Shown: positions 1-12,165 of the stretch, piece after piece
Layout of the letters: each line of letters begins with the position of its first letter
How positions within the stretch are numbered: the stretch's first letter is position 1
Assembly: GCF_009914755.1 (NCBI RefSeq)
Contig: NC_060940.1
Origin: the human T2T-CHM13v2.0 reference genome, Homo sapiens
DNA length: 64,000 nt
Strand: one strand, 5' to 3'
The notes under the pieces: generated by a model
What the model saw: the letters and a program-made list of their open reading frames with translations, nothing else
The model's database searches: none
Told to the model about the DNA's origin: nothing
Translations under genes and position numbers: made by a program

Positions 1-255
1 AGTCAACTGACAGGAGTGGGTGTACAAATACCCCAGCTCCCTTGCCCCTCTGAAGCAATGACTCAAAACATGTTCTGTGCTGACTCTCACATGGTCGCAA
101 CATGATTTAACTCCAGCTGCCTACAGCAGTAACTTGCTCATCTACACATTTTTATTGGCTCTCTTCTCCCTGTCTTACTTTCCCATCTTCTACAGGTGTT
201 TTCTAGAATCACTTCCTGAGTAGAATATCTGCTTTCCATTTTTGGTCCCAGGATC
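1..255 (+). mobile_element. LTR16-family (ERVL) LTR, 3' part, cut by window start
   Basis: aaataccccagctcccttgcccctc...tttattggct...cctgtcttactttccc...atcacttcc matches the recalled LTR16A/C 3' half. Confidence 0.7.
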
Positions 256-1769
256 TTTTCAAAGTATGGGGAACAGTCTTTAAAGTACTGGAAACATCTC
301 ACCTACAAAGGTGTGACTGTTGTGTGGCTTCCCATGTGGTATGCCCCAGTTCCTGAAACACAAAGTCAGAACTGGAAATCACAGAGTCCAACCCAAAGCT
401 CTAGTGACAAGTCATCCCCTGGCCTCTCCTTACATATCTGTAGTCATCAGGGGTTCACTGTCTCCCATGCCAATCCATCACATGGCTAGGTGGCTGTCAT
501 GTTCAGAAAGTCTTCTTTTCTGTGATAAAAGCTACCTCTCTAAAACTCATCCTCAGTGGACAAATTCTGCTTTGTGGAGCTACGTACTTAAGATAGTGAA
601 ACTCAGCAAGAAGATAAGGAAGTAGGTTGGGTGGATGCAACAGAATCTCCAGGTGAAAGAAGGGGTAAATGATGTAAATGGTTTGAAATTGCACAATTCA
701 ATTTATAATATTTAAAGCTGAGAAATGAAAAATAAATACTATTTTCCATGATACAAACAACAGCTTGATGACATCTTGGCTGATGGGATACCCAGAGGTC
801 AGAGCCACTTGTGCCCTTTCAGAGGACAGGTACCAGAATCCCCAGGACATCAAGGAGTTTTATGTTTATCAACGGGGGACACGCTATTGGTTAAGTAGTA
901 GAACTTAGTTTGATATACGTCTTACAGATTTGCCTTCAGACATATGAAGACAGCTGAATGCCTGCCCCTGGAACCCTTCCTCTTAGCAACAATCACCCCC
1001 AGTTCTTCTAGCCACTTCTCCTGGACTCAGGTCACAGTTCCCTCCTTGTTCGGGTCACTCTCCTTTAAGCTTCTTCCCAAATTGGCTCATCATGTGCTTT
1101 TCAAACTGTGCATGTACATCTGGGAAAGTAATCGGAGATAAGGTAGGGATTAGGTGAAACCTTAGGAAAAATGTTATTTTAAACCAGAAAATTTAATATT
1201 AAAGAAAACAAGAATTTTTTGGCAAGTGGACTATAATAGCAGAATAAAAATCTTAAATTTTTAAATGTAAAAATTCAGGAAACTTGAGATATACCTGTAA
1301 GCCCTGGTTGCTTCAGGGAATACCCCAAAATCATGGGGTTTATGAGTTCACATTCCTCTGCCTTTATCAGTGTTTTGATTGGCAAGTCTGAGGATCCCTG
1401 GGATGTCAATGTGTCCCCTGAAAGGGCAATGCCCAGAAGAAAAACCAAGTGGAGGGGGCAGTTGCCTCTCTGTTATAGGGCATATATAAGGAGCAGACAT
1501 GCAGCCTTGCCTTATTTATTACTGGCCAAACTTTAACCAGGCTGGAGCCAGCCTTGGAGTATACAGAAAGGAGAGTTTAGAGCTTGAATATCTTGAAAGC
1601 AAAACCAGTGGAAACTTTTCAGCGAAAATCTGGAATTTCTGGGCTACAGTCCCCCACGTTCTGGATGGAGGCAGGTCTGCTTATTTTTGTTTGGACCTCA
1701 AAATATAACATTTCTTTTTAAAACTTCTATAATCCAAAGAGCATGTGGTGATTTCTACAGTGACAATAT

Positions 1770-1845
1770 GTTCATTTATTCATTACTTCAACAAATATTT
1801 ATTGAGCCTCTAACCATATGCCAGAAACAGTGTTTGGCAAATAGA
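1770..1845 (-). mobile_element. L2 3' end fragment
   Basis: ttcatttattcatt..caacaaatatttattgagc..tatgccag is the reverse L2 tail. Confidence 0.7.
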
Positions 1846-1909
1846 GGTCCCCACAGATCTACTTTAATGACTAAAATCTGATGTATCATTAACATGCCCG
1901 CCATTGGCA

Positions 1910-1950
1910 TGTGTCCGTGTGCGTGTGAGTGTGCGTGTGTGTGTGTTTGT
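1910..1950. repeat. Imperfect (GT)n microsatellite
   Basis: gtgtccgtgtgcgtgtgagtgtgcgtgtgtgtgtgt. Confidence 0.85.
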
Positions 1951-2307
1951 AGGGCTTATTCCCTTAAGCAGGCCAAAGGAGGTCACTGACAGTCATGTTT
2001 ATATATTTCCCTTGTTAAACAAAGCCATTTCCTCATAGTTTGAGAGTATTTATAAATTCCCACCTTGAGTTCAAATTAATGAAGTACAATGACGGGTGGA
2101 TTTCAGACAGTGCAAGCTGGTTTGACCTCAATGGTGATAGAAAACATCTGAATTTAATTCTGTCCCTGTCTACCCTATTCTTCCCTCTTTCTCTGACCCA
2201 TCCCAGGAAGGCACTCAGGGGGTCCATTCTCAGTGCTCAACAATGAAGATCTGGCACTCCCCAGCTCAATTAATCTCTACTTTTTTCCAAAAATAATTCA
2301 CACAGCT

Positions 2308-2491
2308 TAGTAATTTTCAACCCTGACTGCATTTTAGAATCATCTTGGGAACTTTTTAAAAAAGAATAATGCCCAAGTCTTAAACTCAGAGACTGATTCA
2401 ATTGGTCTGGAGTGTGGTTCAGGTATCAGCCTATTTTTTTTTTAAATTCCCCATGTAATTCTAAGATGCATCTAGTGTTGGGAACCACTGA
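2308..2491. mobile_element. MER5-type hAT-Charlie MITE
   Basis: ttttcaaccctgactgcattttagaatcatcttggga...gattcaattggtctgg...ttgggaaccactg. Confidence 0.75.
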
Positions 2492-2895
2492 TAGTCATTT
2501 CCCTCTGATACCTGTGGGATTGCTCAGATAGGCCACAGCCTTGCTGATGGCATGATGACAGCTAATGAGTCTGAACTAGGTCACAGATCTCAGCTTGGTG
2601 CTGATGCTGAGTTGGTATTATCAAGTATAAGCTAGGTTCCCAGAATGCTGCTAGATGCTGCAAGGAGTAGTTGCTTAAGCTCTGAGCTTCATTCATGTCA
2701 TCTGTACAATGGAACTGTCTCCTCCTGCATGGAGCATGCTGTGTCGATCTACAGGATTCCTACAGTGAAAAGAGTTTAATGAGAACACAAGGCAGCAGGC
2801 AGGGGCTGCTTTTGGTCATGGCAGCCTTTGGAGAGTCATCAAATCATATAGCATATTCACCCATTTATCTCTTCAATGGCATCCCCAAATGGGAG

Positions 2896-3297
2896 TGTTT
2901 TAGTCTGTTCCTGCTGCTATACAAAATAACTTAGACTGTGTGATTTGTATATGGCATAAATTTATTGCTGACAGTTATGTATGGTTGGAAGTCCAAGATC
3001 AAGGTGTCAGCAGGTTCGGTGTCTGGTGAGGGTCTGGTTTGGTGTCTGGTGAAGGCTTTCTAGATAGTGCCTTGAATGTTGTATCCTCTGGAGAGGACAA
3101 ATGCTGTGTCCTCACATGGCAGAAATGAAAAGGGATCTAACTACTCTTCTCTCTTTAGTAAGGCACTGATACCTTATGCACGAGGGCAGAACCCTTATGG
3201 CCAAATCACCTTGTAAAGGCCCCATCTCTTAATACTGTTGCATTGGGGATTACGTTTCAACGTGAATTTAGAAGACACAAACATTCAAACTATAGCA
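2896..3297 (-). mobile_element. ERVL-MaLR solo LTR (MLT1A/MSTD-like)
   Basis: TG...CA ends (tgttttagtctgttcctgctgctat...aacattcaaactatagca); 5-bp TSD gggag/ggaag. Confidence 0.85.
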
Positions 3298-3429
3298 GGA
3301 AGAATTAAGAGGCATTACAGACATGTGTCCTAAACTGAAGTGGACACTAAGAAGTTGTCGTTGGCCAGTCTCACAATCAGGCACTAGGGCCATCATAGGC
3401 CATGACTTGACTACCACTATTTTCTCATA

Positions 3430-3930
3430 TTGTTGGTATCTGGGAGGCAAGGAGCAGAAACCCTTCAAATTTGCACAAGAAATAAAAGGGGGACTATTTA
3501 TTGCACGCATCTCTCAAAGCCACGAAGAAGGCACCATGAAACTGGACCTCGTGGGGGATTGGAATCAGGGCCCCATAGCCTTGAATTGCTCCTTTTCTCC
3601 TCATCTTCATCTTTTTTTCTCTGTAAACTGCTTTCTCTCTGAAAAGCAGCCAGCCAGCATTTCCTGAGTCTACACTAACCACAGTTCATGCAGCCGATAG
3701 AAACTGACTAGCATTTTGCAAAAGGCCAATTCCAAGTGTTGGGGTGCAGGGGAGATAATCTGATTGGCTCAGCTTTAGTCAGCAGACCACCCCCGTCCAA
3801 CCGGCTGTGTCTGTGGCTGGGATCTTGTGATATAAACAAGGCTGCCAGCGCCCCTCTATAGGAAGGAATCCGGTGTTCTTAGAGAAAGGAGCCACATGCT
3901 GGCGAGACACCCAGTTGGTGTCTTCTACAG
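3430..3930 (-). mobile_element. Old MLT1 (J/K/L-like) LTR remnant
   Basis: gcaag..cagaaaccc, ctgattggctcagc and gatataaacaaggctgcc motifs typical of old MLT1. Confidence 0.45.
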
Positions 3931-4984
3931 TCACACACAGTGTGGTTTTGGCAAAAGTTAGTCTTGAAGATGACTCCATGACTGGTCTGAGAGTGTACTG
4001 TTCTCATGCCTAAAACCAGAAGTTGCCATCCAGCTCAGGCACCCCTTCAGGTAAGAAGGCAGGAGGTGAGGGCTCTACCCTGGGTGGTGGTGGATTAGAT
4101 GTTTCTGAAGTCTTTCCCACACCCTTGTGCAGCTCTTGGGAGTGCTTGGTGCAAACAGACTCCAACCTAATTACCAGCCGGAATTAATCAATGGTATTCC
4201 CAATTGCATGAGCCCTGCTAGCCAGGAATGTCTCCGAGTTGAAATTCTTAAAATACTTTTGTTTATGAGGAAGTTTTACAGTTAACTTTTTCCAAAAGCC
4301 AGCAAGAGGAGCAGTCCCTGCAGACATCTGAGAGTTCTTTGGTTGTCTTAATTCACTCATGATGTTTCATTAATATCAATTTTCTCCCTGCAACCCGGCC
4401 TGGCAGGTTCTTTTTACATGTATTCCATTCTCCCAACCTTTTGACGGGGGGTGGGGTGGGTGGGTGGGGCGGTTGTTGTTGATGTTTGCTTTAACTTTCC
4501 CCTGGGGTTCTTCCTCCATTTCCTAAGAAATTCTCCTAAATCTCCACCATGCACAGGTCTTTGGAATCTAACAGCTTCATTTAAAAAATAAAGGGCACCA
4601 CAGACTTTATGGATTTTTGTTTTCCACTTGGAAGTTGTTCCACAAGAGAGAGGTTGGCAGGGAAATCCGAGAGAAACAGACCCTAATCTTGTTTATTGAT
4701 CCTACCATTGAGGCTAAAGGTACAGAAACTCCATCTTCTTCTTGCTGATCCTTCCAAATTCTCCTAGATTCTCCCAGTCTCTGAGCATCATCTTGCTAGG
4801 TCTTCCTTGCTGCAGATAGGCTCTGGCAGCCTTACTTATATCACAGAGGGACAGTGAGAAGGATGAACAGAAACATCCTAATCTACCACCACCCTCACCA
4901 TGATCAGAAGTAGATTGGAGGCAGTTCCATCTGGCTTGTTTCCTGCTGTCTTGCCGCTGCATCTTGACCCTGCAGTCTTTGGCT

Positions 4985-5459
4985 TGCTTGCTCTCAGATC
5001 TATTCACTGTCCTTCCCCTGCCCTTTATCCCCAAGCTCCCTTGCCAACTGGCTTTTGGGTAGATTTAGCCAATGGAAGGCACTGGCACGAGACTGGAGGA
5101 TGGGAGGAGGAGGAGAGTCTAGGTATTTCTCTTTCTCTTTATTTGTCTCTAGTGGCATCCCTGGCAGTGACAAGGTCTCTTCTATGTCTTCCAGGGCCAG
5201 GCAGCCCTAGCGGTGGATCTAGCTCCCTGTGGACAACTCTGAATCTTGAGTTTTGATTGCAACACATACCCCTGTTTTCCCTCCAGCCCTAGCAGTGGTA
5301 GCAGCTTTCTTCTGTGGCAAATCTCTGGGTTGTGTCATCATCCCTGGCTTGGCTTCCCAAATCTTTCATTACCTGTGTAATCATTTCACTCTGTTAAATT
5401 CCCTATGTTTGAATCACCTAGAGCACTTTTTATTTTCCTGGTGGATACCGACTGATACA
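4985..5459 (+). mobile_element. LTR33-like ERVL LTR
   Basis: agccaatggaaggcactggcacgagactggagg...ccagccctagcagtggtagcagc...ttaaattccctatgtttgaatcacctagag...gactgataca. Confidence 0.7.
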
Positions 5460-5500
5460 TCTACTCACTCAAGATTAAATATCTCTGCCTGCTTGTAAAT

Positions 5501-5827
5501 CAGTGTTTCTTGAACTATCTGTTGCAAAGGACTATTTACAAATATTTCTCATCCATCATAGATTGACATGGTCCTGCTGCATAGGGCTGGTTATGTAGCT
5601 TGACCACCTGCCATTTATGAGGCAAGTTCGACAATAACTGAACTGGTGTATACGCTGTTCAATGAGACAAGTTCTCTGAGTATGCATTTGGACATCACAG
5701 CAATGTAAAATTGCTAGAAACATTTCTAAACATTTACTGTCAACCTTTGTAGTTGTCTCATCACAGATCTCCTACAAAGAGTTTGTAGGCTGTGGTGAGA
5801 GCATGGGTCACCCTTTGAACAGCACTG
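5501..5827. mobile_element. hAT-Charlie non-autonomous DNA transposon
   Basis: Terminal inverted repeats cagtgtttcttgaa...tttgaacagcactg; interior resembles a Charlie-family element. Confidence 0.6.
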
Positions 5828-6049
5828 CTCAGGGATACTTTTTATTCATGTGTGGGACCATCCCATAGTTTGAGGAATCTGGATACAGCATAGATCAAAT
5901 AGTCTTTGGGTTATGTGTAAGTCCCTGTCAGAAGCTGTATTTCTCTCACATGCCATGTTCCCCACAACTTCCCCATGATCTTCCCAATAAGGAGAGCAAC
6001 AGTGACCATCTTTTACCAGAGACTGACTTCCTTTTTAGGCTTTAGACCA

Positions 6050-6200
6050 TTTCATCCTCACGACAGCCCCATGATGAGGTGCCATTATTATCCCCATTTT
6101 ACAGAACAAAAAGGTGAAGCTCAGAGAGGTTAAATAACTTGGCCACGATCACAAAGCTCAAGAGTGACAAGCATGCCTGACTCACTGCCCTGGGTCTTAG
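6050..6200 (-). mobile_element. MIR
   Basis: attatccccattttacaga..gctcagagaggttaaataacttggcca (MIR core). Confidence 0.8.
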
Positions 6201-6589
6201 TTGTCACACTGAATTGCCTATTCATCTTGGATCCTGAGGCATAAGAGGAGACATCATTAAAGATCTGAATAATCAAGTGAAACGATGCATGGTACATTCC
6301 ATCTCCTTAAATAGGGTTCCTCATGAAAATGCCCTCCCATGGACACCCGATCTTCCCCAGACAAATTGTCCCCGTCTGCACCCTCCCTCAGGAAGCCTTC
6401 CCCGGCTCTTCCAGGCCACCTTTCTCTGATTTCCTATAGCTCTGATAGGGCACACTGCACTCTCTGAATTCACATTGAATACCACACAATCCTATTGTCC
6501 CCAGACTGTACTTTAAAGGCACTTCTTGTCTCCCATGAGTTTAGAAGTCCTTCAAGAACAGAGGCTTTGATAATAACAGTGGCTTCTGG

Positions 6590-7135
6590 CACACAGCTAA
6601 TATTTATTGAGCACTTCTGGGCGCCAGGCATAGCTTTAAGCACTTTCCCTACAATAACTGGCTTAATATTCACAACAATATGGGTTAGGTACATTTTTCA
6701 TACTCTTTTGACATGTGGGGAAACAAGGGAGCTTAAGAAAGTCTCCTGTTCTCTTATTTCGGACTGCTGTAACAAAGTACCATAGACTGGGTGGCTTCAA
6801 CAACAGAAATGTGTTTATCACTGTTTCGGAGACTGGAAGTCCGAGGTCAGGGTGCCAGCATGGTCAAGCTCGGGTGAGAGCTCCCTTCTGGGTTGGATAC
6901 TCACCATATTCTCATGTGGCAGAAAGAGGGTGAAAGAGCTCTTGGGGGGTCCCATTCATGAGGGCACTATCCTCATGACCTAATCACCTTCTGAAGGCCC
7001 ACCTCCAAATACCATCACATAGACACAAACATTCAGTCCATTATGCCCAAGTTCAACAAGGAAGAGCTGGACTGATATTTAAACCCTTGGATTGTTGGCT
7101 TCCAAAGCCTGTGGTCTTAGCTACTGTGCAATAGT
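6590..7135 (-). mobile_element. MIR interrupted by an MLT1A LTR
   Basis: MIR halves at 6590-6742 and 7045-7135 flank the LTR. Confidence 0.65.
6748..7045 (-). mobile_element. MLT1A0-like MaLR LTR
   Basis: ctgctgtaacaaagtaccatagactgggtggctt...catgacctaatcacc...acaaacattcagtccat. Confidence 0.85.
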
Positions 7136-7569
7136 GAGTTCTTGAATTTTCAAGGTACCTCCACATCTGTTATCTAAGTAGGTTCTCATGGTGCTTCAAG
7201 GAAGGAAGGAAGTACAATCATTGAGAGTGTCTTATAGCTGGGAGGGCCCCTGGAGAATTTTTAACTTCCCCATTATGCAGGAAAAGAGACCATGGCCCAG
7301 GGCAAAGTGATGTGTGAAGAGCAAGCCCATACAAGAAACACTGGTGAGTTCTCAGTCCCAGCATGGAGCTCTCCCCTCTGCCCCAGATGCCAACAGCAGG
7401 CAGGTGGATATTCATCTGACTACTGAACTCACCAGAGTACCATGCAATGTTTTCCAGGACTCATGCCAGGCCAGCATTGGTGTTGGAGAGATCACAAAGG
7501 CCATGGATGCTGGGAATAGTCTGTGAAGATGGGGGTTTCCAAGGAAGGAAAGGAAGCTAAGCATAGAGT

Positions 7570-7685
7570 TGTGATCTTGCCTGGGAGTCAGAAGACCTGG
7601 ACTTGAAACCCAGTTTTGCTGTGTGAACTTCGGCACATTACATAACTTCTCTGAACCTCAGTAGTTTCATCTGCAAAATGTTCTG
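7570..7685 (+). mobile_element. MIR
   Basis: ggagtcagaagacctgg...ctctgaacctcagt..catctgcaaaatg. Confidence 0.7.
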
Positions 7686-8039
7686 GGTTTTGGAGTAGCT
7701 GACATGCACGAAAGTCTTAACAGTGCTGAGGACATTGAACGCATCATCTCATTTAGCCCTCAAAATAACCTTCCGAGGCAGGTGTCAGTGTTATCCCATG
7801 AGCGTGGGGAAGCTCTGTAGCATACCCGGGGCTACAATCTGGCAAGTGCAGAGCCAGGCTTCCCTCCCAGATGTGACGTCAGGGTCCAGCCACATACCCA
7901 CTGCAAAATTTACAACACACGGGAAATGTTTAGCATAGGGCCTGGAGGATTATCTTTGAGTCTCTTCCCCCTCCAGGCCTCAATCTTCCCATCTATTAAA
8001 TGAATGAAAAAAACTAGAGCAGTGCGTACAAGCTCAAAT

Positions 8040-8737
8040 GTGGATGCCCACCAGGCAATTGCGGAAGTCATGGATGCTCTTCGCCAAATGGCTGCAGCTC
8101 GCTCCCTCCTGGACACATAGTAGGATTGCACTTCCTGGGCTCTGTCACTGGGCGGGGCCTGTTACTGGTTCTGGCCAATTGAGTTGTCAGCAGAAGCGAC
8201 CTGTGCCACTTCTGTGCTGGGGCAATTAATTGCTGGTGGGAAACCCTCAGAGCTCCTTTTCCCTCCACCATATTTAAGATACCGGCTGCTCCAATAGTCT
8301 GGGTCCCAGAGTGAGGAGACTCAGAACTGGCTCCTGGCCAAGCTTCAATGGACTACAGTGGAATTGTAGAATGAGTGAGAAATAAACCTTTTTTTTTTTT
8401 TTTTTTTGAGACAGGGTCTTGCTCTGTTGCCCAGGCTGAAGTGCAGTGGCACGGTATAGCTCAGTGCAGCCTCGAACTCCTGGGCCCAAGTGATTCTCCC
8501 TCCTTAGCCTCCTGAGTAGCTGGGACTACAGGTACTTGCCCCCACACCCGGCTAATTTTTAAATTTTGGTAGAGATGCGGACTTGCTATGTTGCCTCAAA
8601 TGATTCCCCTGCCTTGACTTCCCCAAATGCTGGGATTATAGGTGTGAGCCACAGCGCCTGGCCAAATCTTTGCTTTTTAAGCCACTGAGATTTGGGGATG
8701 GTTTGTTTAGCATAACCCAGCATACCCTGATTGCTAC
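8040..8737 (+). mobile_element. MLT1I-like MaLR LTR interrupted by AluJ
   Basis: ggattgcacttcctgg...gagaaataaacc|Alu|tttaagccactgagatttgggg...cataacccagc; same family as 48950-49351. Confidence 0.7.
8389..8663 (-). mobile_element. AluJ with internal deletion
   Basis: polyT, gagacagggtcttgctctg, cagcctcgaactcctggg (J-type), ends gcgcctggcc. Confidence 0.9.
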
Positions 8738-8959
8738 CACAGATAATATAAACAAATGAAATGGGTTAAGCATTCAAATTTTATTAAAATGCACGACTCT
8801 CTCGTTTTAGCTTTTTTGTTGTCTCTCTTTTGAGGGAAACAAGAGGATGAGTCATATTCCACTGTCTTCTTCCCACTTCTATCAGACAGACAGTGACACA
8901 ATCATCATAAGTGGCTCCTGACACTTGTCCTCTGGGCTAGGGGGACACAGGGACCAGGA

Positions 8960-9205
8960 AAGGGGTGATTGTGAACCTGAGGAAACAGCTATTCAGTTCT
9001 GATCCTGGCTGTATGGAAATATGAGCCTGATTTGCCAGACCTGATTGTTTTTCAACACAAACTAAAAATCCAGGTGTTTATAGGAAATCTTCCCATCTGT
9101 ACAAGTTGATAAATAAATAAGAAAAGTAGTAACAAATGTTCAGGTCAAACAAAAATGTGTCAGTTGGCTGCGTGAGGCCTGTGGAGCACCCACTTGAATC
9201 CCCTA
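8960..9205. mobile_element. MER102-like hAT remnant
   Basis: ttgccagac...aaatccagg...gaaatcttcc...caaacaaaaa..gcctgtggagcacccacttg. Confidence 0.45.
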
Positions 9206-9264
9206 GACCGGAAGGTCCACCATGCCCCATCCAGCTCTGACTTGCATGCCACTCTGGCTGGCCA

Positions 9265-9392
9265 TGAACTCCCTGCAGGCTGGGACATCGGTCATTGCTG
9301 TCTCAGCTACACCTAGCCCAGCATCTAATAGTAAGGGCTCAGTAAATGTGTGATGAATAAATGGGTAAATAAGTGGACAAATGAATGAATGA
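9265..9392 (+). mobile_element. L2 3' end
   Basis: cacctagcccagca..gggctcagtaaatgtgtgatgaataaatg..aatgaatgaatga. Confidence 0.7.
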
Positions 9393-9499
9393 CATTCAGT
9401 CTGGAATGGGGGCCCAGGAAACTGATTATCTCAAGGCTTAGGGCAGGGACACCAGAGCCAAACTCCATTGAGTCCTATTTGGGTGAAAATGAGCATTGA

Positions 9500-9630
9500 G
9501 GCCGTGTGGGGTGGCTCACACCTGCAGTCCCAGCACTTTGGGAGCCCAAGGTGGGTGGATCATTCAAGCCCAGGAGTTGGAGATCAGCCTGGGCAACATG
9601 GGGAAACCCTGTCTACAAAAAATACAAAAA
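9500..9630 (+). mobile_element. FLAM_C / AluJ left monomer
   Basis: Single Alu monomer; TSD gaaaatgagcattga (9485-9499) / gaaaataagcactga (9753-9767). Confidence 0.85.
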
Positions 9631-9752
9631 GGAAGGAAGGAAAGAAAGAAGCAAGAAGAAGGAAGGAAGGAAAGAAGGAAGAAAGAAGAAGGAAGGAAAA
9701 AGGAAGAAGGAAGGAAGGAAGGAGAGAGAGAAGAAAAGAAAGAAAAGAAAAG
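9631..9752. repeat. (GGAA/GAA/GAAA)n polypurine tract
   Basis: About 120 bp of almost pure purine between the monomer and its 3' TSD. Confidence 0.95.
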
Positions 9753-10164
9753 GAAAATAAGCACTGAATGGTGAGACCAGAAGGATTAGGAACCTGCTCC
9801 TCCTCAGCATCTTCCCTGAGGCTAGGCCCTGCCAACTGTCCTGCTCCCCACATACTTGGGGCTCCAGGGCCCAGCAGGCTCAGCCTGAGCTGGATTTGAC
9901 CTGATTCCCCACCCCGCCTCCTGCAGCCCCCATGTCACCCACCTGTGCTATCCTGTACGCTGCTCCTGGGACTTTAGGCACAGTCTCAGTCTCCTGCACC
10001 CAGAATGGTCTCTCTGCTCTGCTTCCTCCCATGCCCACTTGCCCTTGTTGAGGTCTAGCTCATGGCCCACCATTCATATCTTGGAGGCTCCTCTGATTCC
10101 GAGTTCCTAGGATAGAGGACCGCACAGAGTTGCTCGGTGGAACCCTATTCCAGGAGACACTGCT

Positions 10165-10860
10165 ACAGGCAGTACTATATAGTATCGTGGTTGAGTTTAG
10201 GCTCTGGAGCCAGATGGCACAGGACCACATGCTAACTCTACCGCTTTCTGACTACGTGTATGTATTAGTTCCCCATTGTTGCTGTAACAAGTTGCAATAC
10301 ATGTAATAGCTTAAAACAACACAAATGTATCATCTTACAGTTCTAGAGCTAAGTTTAAAATCAAGGTGTGGAGAGGTCTGCATTCCTTCAAGAGGCTTGA
10401 GGGGAGAGTCTGTTTCCTTGCCTTTTCCAGCTTCTAGAGACCGCCTGGATTCCTTGGCTCCTGACTCCTTCCTCACAACACTCTAGCATCTTCTTGTCAT
10501 CACATCCCCTCTAACTCTCTCCTGCCTCTTTTTTAACAGGAACTTCTGATGATGTTGGGCTGGCTCTCCCCATTTTAAGATCCTTAACCTAATCACATCT
10601 GAAAAGTCCCTTTGCCATGTGAGGTAACATAATCACAGGCTCAGGGATTAGGATATGGATTTTAGGGGACGGGGCTGTTCTTCAGTCTACCTCAGTATAT
10701 ATAAATTTAGGTGAGTTAAACTCAGTTTCCTTATCTATCAAATGGCAATAACAATTGCCTCTAACTTCAGAGAGTTGTCTTGAGAATTAAAAGATTTAAT
10801 ACGTATCAAGGCCTCAGCCAGTGCCTGGGTCATAGTAAACGCTCAATATATGTTAGCTCT
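10165..10860 (+). mobile_element. MIR split by an MLT1 LTR
   Basis: ggctctggagccaga 5' half; ctcagtttccttatct...agtaaacgctcaata 3' half. Confidence 0.75.
10261..10694 (-). mobile_element. MLT1D/C MaLR solo LTR
   Basis: tgtattagtt..ttgctgtaacaa...gggattaggatatgga..cagtctacctca; TSD gtgta/gtata. Confidence 0.85.
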
Positions 10861-11484
10861 TCTTACTGTCATACTGTAAAATAAGGGTTCCATGGCCAAT
10901 GAAGTTTGAGAAAGGCAGCATACTGCATCTGCATCTTGGAGATTCGTGATGCCCCTCATTGTGTTAAAGGCTTTGATAAATCTTGCAGAAATAAAGGCTC
11001 CTGGTGGCTAGCTCAGCATATGAATGTATTTGACCTTCTAATGAAACCATTTCTTCCACAAAGCATCTATTTAGATCCTCTATATTTAGAAGTTGGGAAA
11101 ACTTGGCCCAGAAGTTTTCTGGTACTTATACAAGTGACAGCAATCAACAGAAGAGTACCTGGCAGAGGCAAAGAATGCAAGTTTCTTTACAGGCCCCAGC
11201 CCAACACATGTGTTCATTGACATACAGGACACTCATTAGTACCCCCAGCTGGAGAGGCAAGCGGCTGTTCCCTTCAGGTCTCCCCCATGTGGCCTCTGAT
11301 TAGGATGAGGGTACTTCAAGAAACTTCTTTCTGTGCTTACAGGTGGAAAGGTGTTCTTATACCCTCGGCCCCTCTCAAATATCTGGCTGCTTACTTCCTG
11401 CCCTCCAGGTGCAAATAATGAGAACCATAACAACTCCAGCACACACCTGAGCGCTTGCTGCAGGGAAAGGTGCACTTTTCCAGG

Positions 11485-11922
11485 TGCAGTGGGCTGAAGG
11501 ATGTCCCCCAAAAACCTATGTCAACCAGAATCTCGGAATGCAACTTTATTTGGAATAATGGCCTTCAAAGTTTTAATTAAGGTAAGAATCTCAAGATGAG
11601 ATCATGCTTGATTAGGGTGAATCTAGAAATGATGTCTTTATAAGAGACAGAGAAGGAGAAGACATACAGAGACACAGGGAAGATGGCCAAGAAAGATGGA
11701 GACAGAGATGGGAATGATGCTGCCACAAGCCAAGGAATGGCAGGAGCTACTAGGAGCTGGAAGAGAGAAAGGATTCTTCCCAAGAGCCTTCAGAGGGGGC
11801 GTGGCCACACCACCACCTTGAGTTCATACTTCTGGCTTCCAGAACTGAGAGACAATATATTTCTGTTGCTTCAAGCCACCCAGTTTGCAGTTTGCAATCA
11901 ATAGCCCTAGGAAACTAACCCA
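11485..11922 (+). mobile_element. MLT1C MaLR solo LTR
   Basis: tgcagtgggctgaa...ccacaagccaaggaatg...ccagaactgagagac..ggaaactaaccca; TSD ccagg/tcagg. Confidence 0.85.
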
Positions 11923-12142
11923 TCAGGTGTGCTTGTTGCCAGGTTACCACCCTCTGGCAGGTGCAGGCGTGCAGGCTCAGGCTGATACCTCATGGCTGAC
12001 TCCTGCACCTGTTGCTCAGGCATGTTGCCACCCCTCAGCTTGGTTCAGCTCTGTCTCTCTGGAAGCCTGTGAGCTCCCTGAGGCCAGAGCCCTAAAGATG
12101 TCTGGGCCCCTGTCCCCTGCTGGAGCAGGAGTTGTGGCCATT

Positions 12143-12165
12143 AAAAAAAAAAAAAAAAAAAAAAA
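12143..12165. repeat. A23 homopolymer
   Basis: 23 consecutive A with no adjacent SINE body. Confidence 0.95.

Noticed and set aside
9468-9853. K/E/R-rich and F/L/S-rich ORFs in six frames
   Set aside because: Translation of an Alu monomer plus a stop-free GGAA tract
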